Shown in pieces: positions 43,775 through 52,692 of a stretch of 64,000 nucleotides of DNA. Made by a program: the position numbers and the translations under genes. The stretch's first letter is position 1. Each line of letters begins with the position of its first letter. Origin of the DNA: Pirellulales bacterium (GTDB lineage: Bacteria; Planctomycetota; Planctomycetia; Pirellulales; Thermoguttaceae); the NCBI GenBank assembly GCA_963845975.1, contig CAWJUD010000002.1:781646-845645 (forward strand), in the 5' to 3' direction. Below the pieces are notes generated by a model that ran no database searches, was not told the origin of the DNA, and saw only the letters and a program-made list of their open reading frames with translations.

Positions 43775-45589
43775 ATGTCCATCAAAGAAGGTTATCGCAC
43801 AGTTCTGGGCGCATTGCACATTGGTCCCGCCCTCCGTTTAGTCTGGCAGGGATGTCCCGGTTGGACCGTGGCAAGCGTCCTGCTCCTGATCGTACAAGGG
43901 ACGCTGCCGCTTGTGGCGCTTTACGTTCTCAAATTGATCGTTGATGCGGTGGCGGGCGGCCTCCAAGGGGGTGCAGGCGAACACGGATTCGGGCAAGCAG
44001 CCTTCTTGATCGGCATCGCGGGCTTTGTCGCTATTGTCGCGGCTGCCTGCCAGTCTCTGGCGATGCTAGTAGACGAAGCCCAGACGCAAGCCGTTTCCGA
44101 CCACCTGCATCACATTCTCCACGCCAAGTCCGTGGAAATCGATCTCGAGTACTACGAGGATCCGCAGTTTCACGACACATTGCATCGAACCCAGTTCGAG
44201 GCATTTTTCCGGGCCTCGCACATCTTCAGAACGCTATTGCAGTTGGGACAAAACGGGATTTCGCTGGTGGCGATGGTCGTTCTAATCATTTTGTGTCACT
44301 GGCTGGTTGCCGCACTTTTGTTCTTGGCAGCCCTCCCCCTTGCCTTCGTTTATCTGCGGTATGCCAACAAGCTCTATCAATGGCGCCGTGATCGCACTTC
44401 CACCGAACGCCAGGCGACCTACCTACACTGGCTGCTAACCAGGAGCGAACCCGCTAAAGAACTTCGACTTTTTTCCCTGGGTAATCTGTTCATGGAACGG
44501 TTCCGGGAGCTGCGCAAACAGCTCCGCGAAGAAAAAATCCATATTGTTATGGCACGTTCGGTGACGGAGTTGGTCACCCAAATCGGCGCTGCCCTGGGTA
44601 TTATCGGGGCCTATGCGTTTGTGACGTATCGTGCCTTTCAAGGTTTTATGACACTTGGCGATCTGGTGATGTATTTTCAGGCATGCCAGCGGGCACAAGG
44701 TTTTTTCCAACAGTTGCTGAGCGGTTTCAGCAGTCTCTACGAGGACAATCTGTTTCTCGCGGACTTATGCGACTTCTTTGCCCTGAAGCGCAAGGTTCTT
44801 GAGCCTGGTCACCCGAAACCCATGCCCAAGCAAATGGAGACTGGGATCGTATTTGAGGGGGTCGGCTTCCGCTATCCAAACAGCACGAAAGTGGTGCTCA
44901 ACGACATCAATCTGACAATCCGTCCTGGAGAAATTGTGGCGCTGGTCGGCGAGAACGGGGCGGGTAAAACAACGTTGATCAAGCTTCTCTGCCGATTGTA
45001 TGATCCGACTAGCGGCAGTATTCGGCTCGATGGAATCGATCTGCGCCAGTTCCGGACTATTGATCTACGGCGCGACATCAGCGTCGTATTTCAGGACTAC
45101 ATGCAGTACTACACCACCGCGCGGGAAAACATCTGGTTTGGCAATACCGATTTGCCATGCGATCAGGAACGAATTGCAGTTGCGGCGCGGCAGGCCGGCG
45201 CCGACCGCGTGATCGCCAAGTTGCCTCGCGGCTATGACACGATCCTGGGAAAATTGTTCGACACAGGAGAAGAATTAAGCACCGGCGAATGGCAGAAGCT
45301 CGCCCTTGCGAGGGCGTTTCTCCGCGACGCCCAGATCGTCGTGCTGGATGAGCCGACAAGTGCCATGGGAGCCAGGGCCGAATTGCAGGTCTTCAATAAG
45401 TTCCGCCGGCTGATCGAAGGCCGCACGGCAATCCTGATCAGTCATCGGTTTTCGACCGTCCGGATTGCAGACCGGATCTTTGTGCTCGACGAGGGGAGAA
45501 TCATCGAATCTGGCAACCATGAAGAATTAATAGCCCGGGGGGGAACCTATGCTCGACTCTTTGAAATCCAAGCACAATCTTACAGATGA
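43775..45589 (+). CDS. ABC transporter, fused permease/ATP-binding exporter
   Basis: Six N-terminal TM helices; Walker A GENGAGKTTL, signature LSTGEWQKLALARAF, Walker B IVVLDEPTSAMG. Confidence 0.85.
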   Translation: MSIKEGYRTVLGALHIGPALRLVWQGCPGWTVASVLLLIVQGTLPLVALYVLKLIVDAVAGGLQGGAGEHGFGQAAFLIGIAGFVAIVAAACQSLAMLVDEAQTQAVSDHLHHILHAKSVEIDLEYYEDPQFHDTLHRTQFEAFFRASHIFRTLLQLGQNGISLVAMVVLIILCHWLVAALLFLAALPLAFVYLRYANKLYQWRRDRTSTERQATYLHWLLTRSEPAKELRLFSLGNLFMERFRELRKQLREEKIHIVMARSVTELVTQIGAALGIIGAYAFVTYRAFQGFMTLGDLVMYFQACQRAQGFFQQLLSGFSSLYEDNLFLADLCDFFALKRKVLEPGHPKPMPKQMETGIVFEGVGFRYPNSTKVVLNDINLTIRPGEIVALVGENGAGKTTLIKLLCRLYDPTSGSIRLDGIDLRQFRTIDLRRDISVVFQDYMQYYTTARENIWFGNTDLPCDQERIAVAARQAGADRVIAKLPRGYDTILGKLFDTGEELSTGEWQKLALARAFLRDAQIVVLDEPTSAMGARAELQVFNKFRRLIEGRTAILISHRFSTVRIADRIFVLDEGRIIESGNHEELIARGGTYARLFEIQAQSYR

Positions 45590-45874
45590 CAGTCGCATGA
45601 TGATGCCAGAAAGGAAAATGGACAATAAGATTAAAACCGTCTGGAAGTTGAATTTGCCAATCGGTATTGACACCAAGATGTGCACATAGGAGGATGAACC
45701 TGGCAAGGCTTCCCGGAGCCATTGTGTCGTTCCTGCACCAAAGTGAAAGGACCGTCCGACAAGGTAACATTGCATTCTTCAGGGAAATTCACGCATAGTG
45801 AGAAATATATCGGCTTTACCTAGAATCTCGGGCTCATTGTGCGATTCGTTAGGCCATTCTTGGAGGAAACAATC

Positions 45875-46213
45875 ATGGAAACAAGAAAATTACTCTCCCT
45901 CAAACATATTTTATCACTCGGTCTGATCTGCGGGTTAATCCTGATGTTTGCGGGTTGTGCGCACCAACCAGCCCCACCCCTACCCCCACAGAATGTTCCC
46001 GGCTTCTGGTCGGGACTGCTTCATGGGTTACTGATTGTGTTTAGCTTTATTGGCAGCCTATTCATGGATGTCCGGATATACGCATACCCCAATTCCGGGA
46101 TACTTTACGATCTCGGATTCCTAATAGGCGCCAGTGGGGCCCTTGCTGGCGGGGGTGTAAGTGTGTGCCGTAAAAAACGTGCTTCCGACTCCGTCAGTGG
46201 CGGCCGAGATTGA
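45875..46213 (+). CDS. Small lipoprotein/membrane protein
   Basis: Signal peptide with lipobox LMFAGC, then two hydrophobic helices. Confidence 0.45.
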   Translation: METRKLLSLKHILSLGLICGLILMFAGCAHQPAPPLPPQNVPGFWSGLLHGLLIVFSFIGSLFMDVRIYAYPNSGILYDLGFLIGASGALAGGGVSVCRKKRASDSVSGGRD

Positions 46214-46219
46214 GCCGCG

Positions 46220-47198
46220 TCAAGCATTAATTATGGTCTTCATGAGAACATCGACGGTCTGGTCCAAAGGGCCGGGATGTAATTCGTAGCACTCGGCCTT
46301 GCGCAGGGCCGCCCCTAAGGTCGACATGGATCGATAGGCTCGGGCTGGATCGGCGATCATGTTATTGAGCGAGAGCAGCATTGCGGCGGTGATGGCCCGG
46401 GCGCGAGGCATCGGTTCTAATCTGGGCGCGTCTTCGAATCCGCCGAGGAAAAAAAAGTACCGCAGATTACATGGCGAGCCTATTTCGACATCATCAGCAT
46501 GGAGAATGTGAACTCCCAATGAATCATCATAGGCGTTTCGGATTTTGTGTAGCATCTTGTCGTCTATGCAGCCCTCGATCAACGGCAAACTTTCCGGACG
46601 AACCGAGATCGACTTGGGCAAAGGGACCATCCGGTACAACTCCTTGTGGAACACAGTGACATCGTCGGAGAAATATCGAAAGCCCTGGCCCAGTAGTCCC
46701 AGCGTCAGCGTTGTTTTGCCCCGCATTGTTGGCCCCGCCAGCGCCACGCCCTGCCCATTCCATGATAGTCCGGCAGCGTGCAGTAGTTCGTGAGACTGCA
46801 CTTTTGAGAAGCAGAATGGCGAATACTTGCGTTCGGCATAGATTGTAGAGCGATTCGATGGCAAGGATATAGATATTTGCGAGGCCTTCGGAAAAGATGG
46901 CAAGATACGGTTCGCCATCACCGCTGATAAGCATGAAGATGGGAACACTGTTGGCTCGGTTCTCCGTCTTCAGACTTCCGTAAATGGCATCGAGACATCG
47001 GATGACAACACGGTCGTTGGTCTTGACACGGACGAACACGTCCAACAACCGATAGGTTCGTTCCAACTCCTCCTGCCACTTCATGTTCTGGAGTTCCTGC
47101 ACCACCCCAGATACTATCTCCCTATCCGATAGCCTTTTGCATAGCGACATGCCGTCTAGACGCAGCATCTCAGAGACCAACTGTGGTGATTGCATCAT
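46220..47198 (-). CDS. HprK-related serine kinase (stand-alone); one frameshift near 46920
   Basis: GVALAGPTMRGKTTLTLGLLGQGFRYFSDD matches the HPr kinase C-domain P-loop (GxxGxGKS/T...ADD); ATGATG start at 47198 overlaps the last 30 nt of the B12-rSAM gene. Confidence 0.65.
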
Positions 47199-48552
47199 TG
47201 TTCTCCAACAGAAGATTCCACTTCGCCAAGAAATTCGAGTCTTCGAAACGCCAGTAGGGGGCAAAAACCTTGGGATGATCTTTGATCAATTGCAGCATCT
47301 CCGCGCTTCCATTGTTCAGGGCCATCATCGATCCGTCGCCGCGGCATACGAAGCGGACCTTTGCCGCCGCCTCGTCGAAGAGAATGCTGTCTTTGTACTC
47401 CGCGTACAGCGGCGAATTCGGCATCGGCATCAGGTGGTTGAACGCGAGTATCATCGAGCACTTGCCCTCCGCCGCCTGGGAAATGTAAAAGACAAGGAAC
47501 ATGGTCTCCTTGAATTCGATTAACGTTTCGAAGGGAAATCCCCACATCAGGAAAAGTTTGATGGTTTTGAAATGCGACATCGATTGAACGATGGTGTGGG
47601 TGGCCTCCTTGATGCTGAATCCCTTGTGAAGTATCTTCAGGACCGAATCAGACCCGGACTCCAGCCCGTAGCCGATTGCAGTGCAACCCGTTGCAGTCAT
47701 GCACCTTAGCAGCTCCTCGTCCATTAGATCCACGCGTCCCAAGCAGCTCCACTCGCTGCCGGGGGCCGCCCGTTGCAGTCCTTCGCAGAATTGTTGCACT
47801 CGCTGTTTTGATAGCACGAATGTATCGTCATGGATACTGAACTCTTTCTTCCCAAACTCGTGGTACAACAAATGAACTTCCCGGAGGACGTTATCCATGT
47901 CTCGATAACGAGCCCGGCGCCCCCAGTATGTGGATATATCGCAGAACGTACAATTGTGCGGGCAACCCCGGGTTGTTAGAATGCTCGCCCTTTCATATTT
48001 TTCGAGATCCAGAAGTTGATAGGCGGGAAAGGGCCGATGGTCGAGGTCGGAGATCAATTCCCGCGCCGGCGCGGTCCACGCGGAACCATCTTCCTTTCGC
48101 ACTATCACCCCCTTGACGCGACCGCATTCTCCCGGCGCGGACTCCAGGTAATGCATCAGTTCAACAATCGTGTCGTCAGCCTCTCCGCGAACAACCACGT
48201 CGATCCAGGGAAAAGATTCGATGATCGCCTCCGCGACGCCGGACGGTCCCGCCCCGCCGAGCACGAAAACCTTGTGCGGATCGAGCTGCTTCACCTTTTT
48301 CGTAGCGAGGATGACCACCGGCAGCATGTCGTACATGCACCCGATCCCGACTACGTCCGCACAACCGGAGAGAAACGAGACAAACGTATCGACGTCAAAG
48401 GGATTCTCGTATGGGTAGGTCTGGTAGTCCTTGAAGTCCACCTTATAACCGCTTTGTACAAGCGAGGTCGCTATGTGCAAGGGCCCCAAAGGAATGAAGT
48501 GTTTTTTCGGATCAATACGGTCATACGCGGCAACGATTGATATATCGCTCAT
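47170..48552 (-). CDS. B12-binding-domain radical SAM enzyme
   Basis: N-terminal cobalamin-binding Rossmann region followed by TTRGCPHNCTFCD CxxxCxxC. Confidence 0.8.
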   Translation of the reverse strand: MSDISIVAAYDRIDPKKHFIPLGPLHIATSLVQSGYKVDFKDYQTYPYENPFDVDTFVSFLSGCADVVGIGCMYDMLPVVILATKKVKQLDPHKVFVLGGAGPSGVAEAIIESFPWIDVVVRGEADDTIVELMHYLESAPGECGRVKGVIVRKEDGSAWTAPARELISDLDHRPFPAYQLLDLEKYERASILTTRGCPHNCTFCDISTYWGRRARYRDMDNVLREVHLLYHEFGKKEFSIHDDTFVLSKQRVQQFCEGLQRAAPGSEWSCLGRVDLMDEELLRCMTATGCTAIGYGLESGSDSVLKILHKGFSIKEATHTIVQSMSHFKTIKLFLMWGFPFETLIEFKETMFLVFYISQAAEGKCSMILAFNHLMPMPNSPLYAEYKDSILFDEAAAKVRFVCRGDGSMMALNNGSAEMLQLIKDHPKVFAPYWRFEDSNFLAKWNLLLENNDAITTVGL

Positions 48553-48572
48553 AGTTGCACTTGGGATAAATT

Positions 48573-48857
48573 CTAGGAATCGCCTGCGCTGCAACGCCCG
48601 ATCAGTTGCTTGGCCTCTAGCTGCCGGATCAGATCTTCAACGTCCGTTGAAATCGCAACCGCGTCCCCCTGATAGGACGAACAGAGCCCGTTCACGATTT
48701 CGGCGACTGTCCTTTTCCCGTCCAGAAGTCTCCATATACTTGCCGCGATTCGATTAAGCACGGATACTTTGCGGCCCTGGGAATCATACAAAATGACCTC
48801 GTCCTCAAGGTCCTGGCAAGCCACATTAGCATTGTGTTGGTAAATGCCATCGAGCAT
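48573..48857 (-). CDS. PqqD-family peptide chaperone (RRE)
   Basis: VILYDSQGRKVSVLNRIAASIWRLLDGKRTVAEIV...DVEDLIRQLEAKQLI. Confidence 0.7.
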   Translation of the reverse strand: MLDGIYQHNANVACQDLEDEVILYDSQGRKVSVLNRIAASIWRLLDGKRTVAEIVNGLCSSYQGDAVAISTDVEDLIRQLEAKQLIGRCSAGDS

Positions 48858-48921
48858 GGCAGGTCTCCTAAATAATCATAAACGGCCCCGCTTCGTCAAC
48901 CGTGATATCGGGTCCTTTGTA

Positions 48922-49980
48922 TCAGTATAAAAAAGGTACGGCATGTTCCCGAAATCCCCGGGATTTCCGCGAACGCGCAACGATCTCTTCCCGAAGGTGA
49001 TTGATCATCACCGTGGCCGCACATGCAAGCTCTCGACGCCTGGTTTCCGATCCAAGGCGATCGCACAGAGATTGCAAAACCTCCGGGCGAGAGAGCATGG
49101 CCATGCACAGTTCGCATTTAGTGACGCAATTGGTCGGTTTCTCCAGGATCACGCCGCTTCCCTCGAGTTCTTGTAACAAGCCGGCAGGGCCGCCGAGTCG
49201 AAGAATGTTCAGCAGAGGCGACCTGTCTGCCTTGTGCAATATCTCCACTAAGGAAGAACGCTTGGCGTTTCCCAGGATCAAAGGGCTGTCCGGGGTAAAA
49301 GCCAGATAAGGCCCGCAACAAGCGACCACCGTGCCGTCGGGGAGCACGTTTGGCACGAAGGAAACGAAGCAGCCGGAATTCGGGGCATGTGTAGACGTTA
49401 TCATCTCGGATCGCGGAATGGACTTGGCGCGGCCGAATGGAACCACCGGCTGATCGCCGAGGGGAACGCGCTCCTCGGATAAGACGCTGTGGATCTGTTC
49501 CGCCACCGGATCGTCGCGAAGCACCGAAAGATTGACTATAACGTGAATGTCGTTCTTCTTGCAGGCCCTCACGGCGTTCAGAACATTTTCCATCGGCACA
49601 AACTGCACATGAAATTGATCGGTGCTGATGGCAATCATTTTGACGCCACGTTGCTTCAGCATGGCCGTGGTATCTATAGCTTCGCCGAGAGTCCGCGCCC
49701 AATAGGTGTCGGTCTGAACGACCGGTCGCAGGCCGCAATCTCGCGACATTTCCACCAGGTGCAGTACGTCGTCGGGAAACAGCATGGGTTCGCCGCCGGT
49801 GATCCATAACACGCGAAACCCTGCCTTTGCAGCCTCCTCCACGGTCTTTTCTGCCAGAGGCATTGGCATGACTTCAGAACGTTCCGGACCACATTCGAAG
49901 ACGCAATGTCCACATCGAGCATTGCACTTAGACGTATATACCAAACAAAGAATCGCAGGTAATCTTTCTGCAGTCTTCAC
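48922..49980 (-). CDS. Radical SAM/SPASM-domain peptide maturase
   Basis: YTSKCNARCGHC CxxxCxxC; C-terminal SPASM cysteines (CCGPY...CVTKCELCMAM); GTG start. Confidence 0.8.
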   Translation of the reverse strand: MKTAERLPAILCLVYTSKCNARCGHCVFECGPERSEVMPMPLAEKTVEEAAKAGFRVLWITGGEPMLFPDDVLHLVEMSRDCGLRPVVQTDTYWARTLGEAIDTTAMLKQRGVKMIAISTDQFHVQFVPMENVLNAVRACKKNDIHVIVNLSVLRDDPVAEQIHSVLSEERVPLGDQPVVPFGRAKSIPRSEMITSTHAPNSGCFVSFVPNVLPDGTVVACCGPYLAFTPDSPLILGNAKRSSLVEILHKADRSPLLNILRLGGPAGLLQELEGSGVILEKPTNCVTKCELCMAMLSRPEVLQSLCDRLGSETRRRELACAATVMINHLREEIVARSRKSRGFREHAVPFLY

Positions 49981-50218
49981 AAGTACTTTACTTTCCCGGC
50001 GATGCCTTAGTCATAAACCAAGAGTCGTCTAATACATAGTAACATTCATTCCGTCTCTTCACCAAGCAGAGACGATAAAATGTATATATCCACCGCCAAA
50101 CGTATACTTTGCAGCGTTTGATTGTATGCATCCACGTCTTAAAACACGTTCACATGCTGCTTTGACTATGCAACCCACTTATTGGCGCCGCATCGACAAT
50201 ACTTTATCGGCCTGTGCA

Positions 50219-50374
50219 CTAGCTGGTGTAAGTAATTGGTCCAGGGAGGGTGAATATTTGATTTTCAGGGTCAAATTTCGCCGCCACCTTTACCTTCCCC
50301 AGGACTTCATTCTCATCGTACTCCGTGATTTGAGGCTTTTCCCATATCTGCATGTCTATCTTTTCCATATTCAT
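50219..50374 (-). CDS. Precursor peptide A (51 aa)
   Basis: MNMEKIDMQIWEKPQITEYDENEVLGKVKVAAKFDPENQIFTLPGPITYTS; leader shared with copies B and C, divergent core, ITYTS tail; the 87-aa track ORF is an over-extension. Confidence 0.6.
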   Translation of the reverse strand: MNMEKIDMQIWEKPQITEYDENEVLGKVKVAAKFDPENQIFTLPGPITYTS

Positions 50375-50388
50375 AAACCCATACCTTT

Positions 50389-50535
50389 CTACTTCACAAT
50401 CTGTGCCGTCATAAGCACTGGCATGACCTCCGAACGCTCCGGAACACATTCCCAAATGCAATGTCCACATCGAGCATTGCACTTAGACGTGTATACCAAA
50501 CAAAGAAGCGCTGGTAATCTTTCTACAGTCCTCAC
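50389..50535 (-). pseudogene. Duplicated 5' fragment (48 codons then stop) of the radical SAM/SPASM gene
   Basis: VRTVERLPALLCLVYTSKCNARCGHCIWEC... is about 85% nt-identical to 49840-49980, including the upstream region. Confidence 0.6.
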
Positions 50536-50827
50536 AAGTAATTTACTTTCCCGGCGATGTCTTAGTCATAAACCAAAAATCGCCGAATATATAGTAATGC
50601 TCAATCCACCTCTTCACCAAGTACCAACAACATAGTGCATACAAACCCACCACTAAGTGGAGGCTTCATATGCACCATTGGATTGCATGCATCCACCGCA
50701 CAAGGCAGGCTCAATTGTATCTTTCACTACATACTACCCACTTATTGGCAGCGCATTGACATAACTTTATCGATCTGTCGTAAAGCGGCTACTTTTTCCG
50801 GGCGAAGTTTGGGATAAAGCGTAGGCA

Positions 50828-50974
50828 CTAGCTAGTATAATTAATTGCAAAGGAAAGTGTGTATAAATTTTCAGCATCAAATTTCGCCGCCACCCTTACC
50901 TTCCCCAGGACTTCATTCTCATCGTATTCCGTGATCTGTGGCTTTTCCCAAATCTACATGTCGGTCATGTTCAT
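50828..50974 (-). pseudogene. Precursor peptide B, interrupted by in-frame amber (TAG) at codon 7
   Basis: MNMTDM*IWEKPQITEYDENEVLGKVRVAAKFDAENLYTLSFAINYTS; CAG to TAG relative to A and C. Confidence 0.5.
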
Positions 50975-51087
50975 AAATCATCTAAACCTTTCTTAAAGCG
51001 GCTATTGACAGCATATCGACTAAACTTTATCGATCTGTCGTAAAGCGGCTACTTTTTCCGGGCGCAGTTTCGGATAAAGCGTAGGCA

Positions 51088-51237
51088 CTAGCTAGTATAA
51101 GTAATTGAGCCGGCAACTGTCCAAGTTTGACCTTCAGGGTCAAATTGCGCCGCCACCTTTACCTTCCCCAGGACTTCATTCTCATCGTACTCCGTGATCT
51201 GGGGCTTTTCCCAAATCTGCATGTCGGTCGTGTTCAT
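51088..51237 (-). CDS. Precursor peptide C (49 aa)
   Basis: MNTTDMQIWEKPQITEYDENEVLGKVKVAAQFDPEGQTWTVAGSITYTS; ATG overlaps the TGA of the upstream peptidase gene (ATGA). Confidence 0.6.
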   Translation of the reverse strand: MNTTDMQIWEKPQITEYDENEVLGKVKVAAQFDPEGQTWTVAGSITYTS

Positions 51238-51821
51238 AAATCACCTAAACCTTTCTTAAAGTGCCGGAAGGCAGAAACGAAAGTCAGAACCTTTAAACAA
51301 AATTGAAGCACGCCAATGGATACCACACGTAAGCATCGAAATATCGTTCTCGTGATGAGGTTGTGATTGTTAGGCCAGATCCATTCCTTGACGCTCCTTG
51401 CCAGCCGGTAAAAATACCACATTACATATCCATATAGTCCTAAAAACCGATTCACTATTGTCCAGTGCAAGGTCTCGTAATGATGCCGCGATGCGGTATT
51501 CTGCACAACGATCACTTTTCCTAGCACTGCCCCTATATCGAGTTTTCTATACACAAAGGAATTGTCGCCCTTCTCCAGAAGACGATCTCCTTGCCGCCCG
51601 ACAAATCGATGGACGACCAGATGTCCATGTTCCTCGAATACAAGTATGTCTCCGATCGTCAACTTATCGGCTTGTAACGATCTTACGATCAGATTGTCGC
51701 CGGGACGAATAATAGGCGACATGCTTGTACCCATCGATTCGAATGTTGCCTCACCATGGTGGCGAAGGCGCATCTGCGCCACAAGTACTGCCAAGTCTTG
51801 TTCCTTACGATCTCCCGCCAT
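51234..51821 (-). CDS. S24/S26-like serine peptidase, paralogue of 39506-39997; candidate leader peptidase
   Basis: ESMGTSMSPIIRPGDNLIV...GDILVF...HLVVHRFV...VLGKVIVV; stop overlaps precursor C start. Confidence 0.6.
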   Translation of the reverse strand: MAGDRKEQDLAVLVAQMRLRHHGEATFESMGTSMSPIIRPGDNLIVRSLQADKLTIGDILVFEEHGHLVVHRFVGRQGDRLLEKGDNSFVYRKLDIGAVLGKVIVVQNTASRHHYETLHWTIVNRFLGLYGYVMWYFYRLARSVKEWIWPNNHNLITRTIFRCLRVVSIGVLQFCLKVLTFVSAFRHFKKGLGDL

Positions 51822-52335
51822 CTTCTCATTCTTCTAAATAAATGTGTTTTATCGTTGCATAAAAGGCGTGCTCTAGGAAACGCTTCTCGGCACACCCATC
51901 GCTGTAAACATCGAACACGTCTACAGGTTACAGCGGCTCCTTGGCGAACAGCCGAGTCAGTAGAATCACAGTAGCATTAAGTGCGTTGCCTCCGTTGTCA
52001 TTTTCAAGCTACCGCACCTCTGAATAACAATCCGGGTCCTAACATTTCCTGTATGTGATGAGTATGGACCGGATCCAATTTCACCATAAATCTTTTTGCA
52101 TATCCAAAAGGTCACGCTCAGCAGTAATCTTGTGCATTCACGAGCTACAGTAATAAATCACCCTTAATGCCGTTCACTCACGTAGCTTTAGTTTTGCTCA
52201 CCGAACGAGCACAAATATCCCTCTACTAAGCGATAAAACTTTAGATTTTTACCTATGGATCCAAAAGGCGGATCATTTCGTTTAAAACGAATACTACCTC
52301 TTGACATTATTGGAATAGAATTATGATTAAACAGC

Positions 52336-52363
52336 ATTATACTATGCTAGCAAGTCTTGTCAA
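52336..52363 (-). promoter_or_regulatory. Near-consensus sigma70-type promoter (TTGACA-16 nt-TATAAT) reading toward the peptidase/precursor operon
   Basis: On the - strand: TTGACAagacttgctagcatagTATAAT in an AT-rich region about 500 nt upstream of 51821. Confidence 0.4.
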
Positions 52364-52419
52364 TCATTCGGACCGCCAAGTCAAGAAAAATTTTAGGGGG
52401 GGTGCTTTGATTTCAGCCA

Positions 52420-52692
52420 CCGACAGCCGCGTTTGGCGGAGATATCGGCGGAGGCGCGCTCGGCTACCGTTACGAAGTCATCCATGCTGTACTTACCGTA
52501 CACAAGCTACCACACTGCTATTCCAATAGGGTTGATCCCCACTGCGTCGCTCGAGTCGGGATTGAACAAAGGCTCCTCCCTCAGTACCACCAAGGGATTA
52601 GCCGCTGGTTTTTCGGATTTCCTCGTTTTCATAGAAATGCAGACTATATTTTCCATTAATCCCCCGACGCCGCCAATTGACCGCCTCCACAT
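52420..52692 (-). pseudogene. Degenerate second copy of the PqqD-like gene (premature TAG and internal deletion)
   Basis: MKTRKSEKPAANPLVVLREEPLFNPDSSDAVGINPIGIAVW* aligns with 42624-42920 at nt level, including flanks. Confidence 0.5.

Noticed and set aside
50219-50482. 87-aa ORF from the track as the precursor gene
   Set aside because: Its N-terminal 36 residues are read through the duplicated rSAM gene fragment in another frame. The conserved unit shared with copies B and C starts at MNMEK (50374), giving a 51-aa product.
50126-50817. Plus-strand ORFs 50126-50635 and 50635-50817
   Set aside because: They run antisense across the tandem precursor repeat units and contain the repeated junk translation SERSGTHSQMQCPHRALHLDVYTKQ, so they are artefacts of the repeats.
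50130-51260. CRISPR array
   Set aside because: The repeats are about 270 bp, each contains a peptide gene, and the intervening sequences are not unique-spacer-like. No cas genes in the window.
38251-52400. Lasso-peptide cluster interpretation (because of HprK-like kinase + nucleotidyltransferase + PqqD/B1-like proteins)
   Set aside because: No Asn-synthetase-like cyclase and no transglutaminase-like B2 protease anywhere in the region. Radical SAM/SPASM enzymes are present instead.
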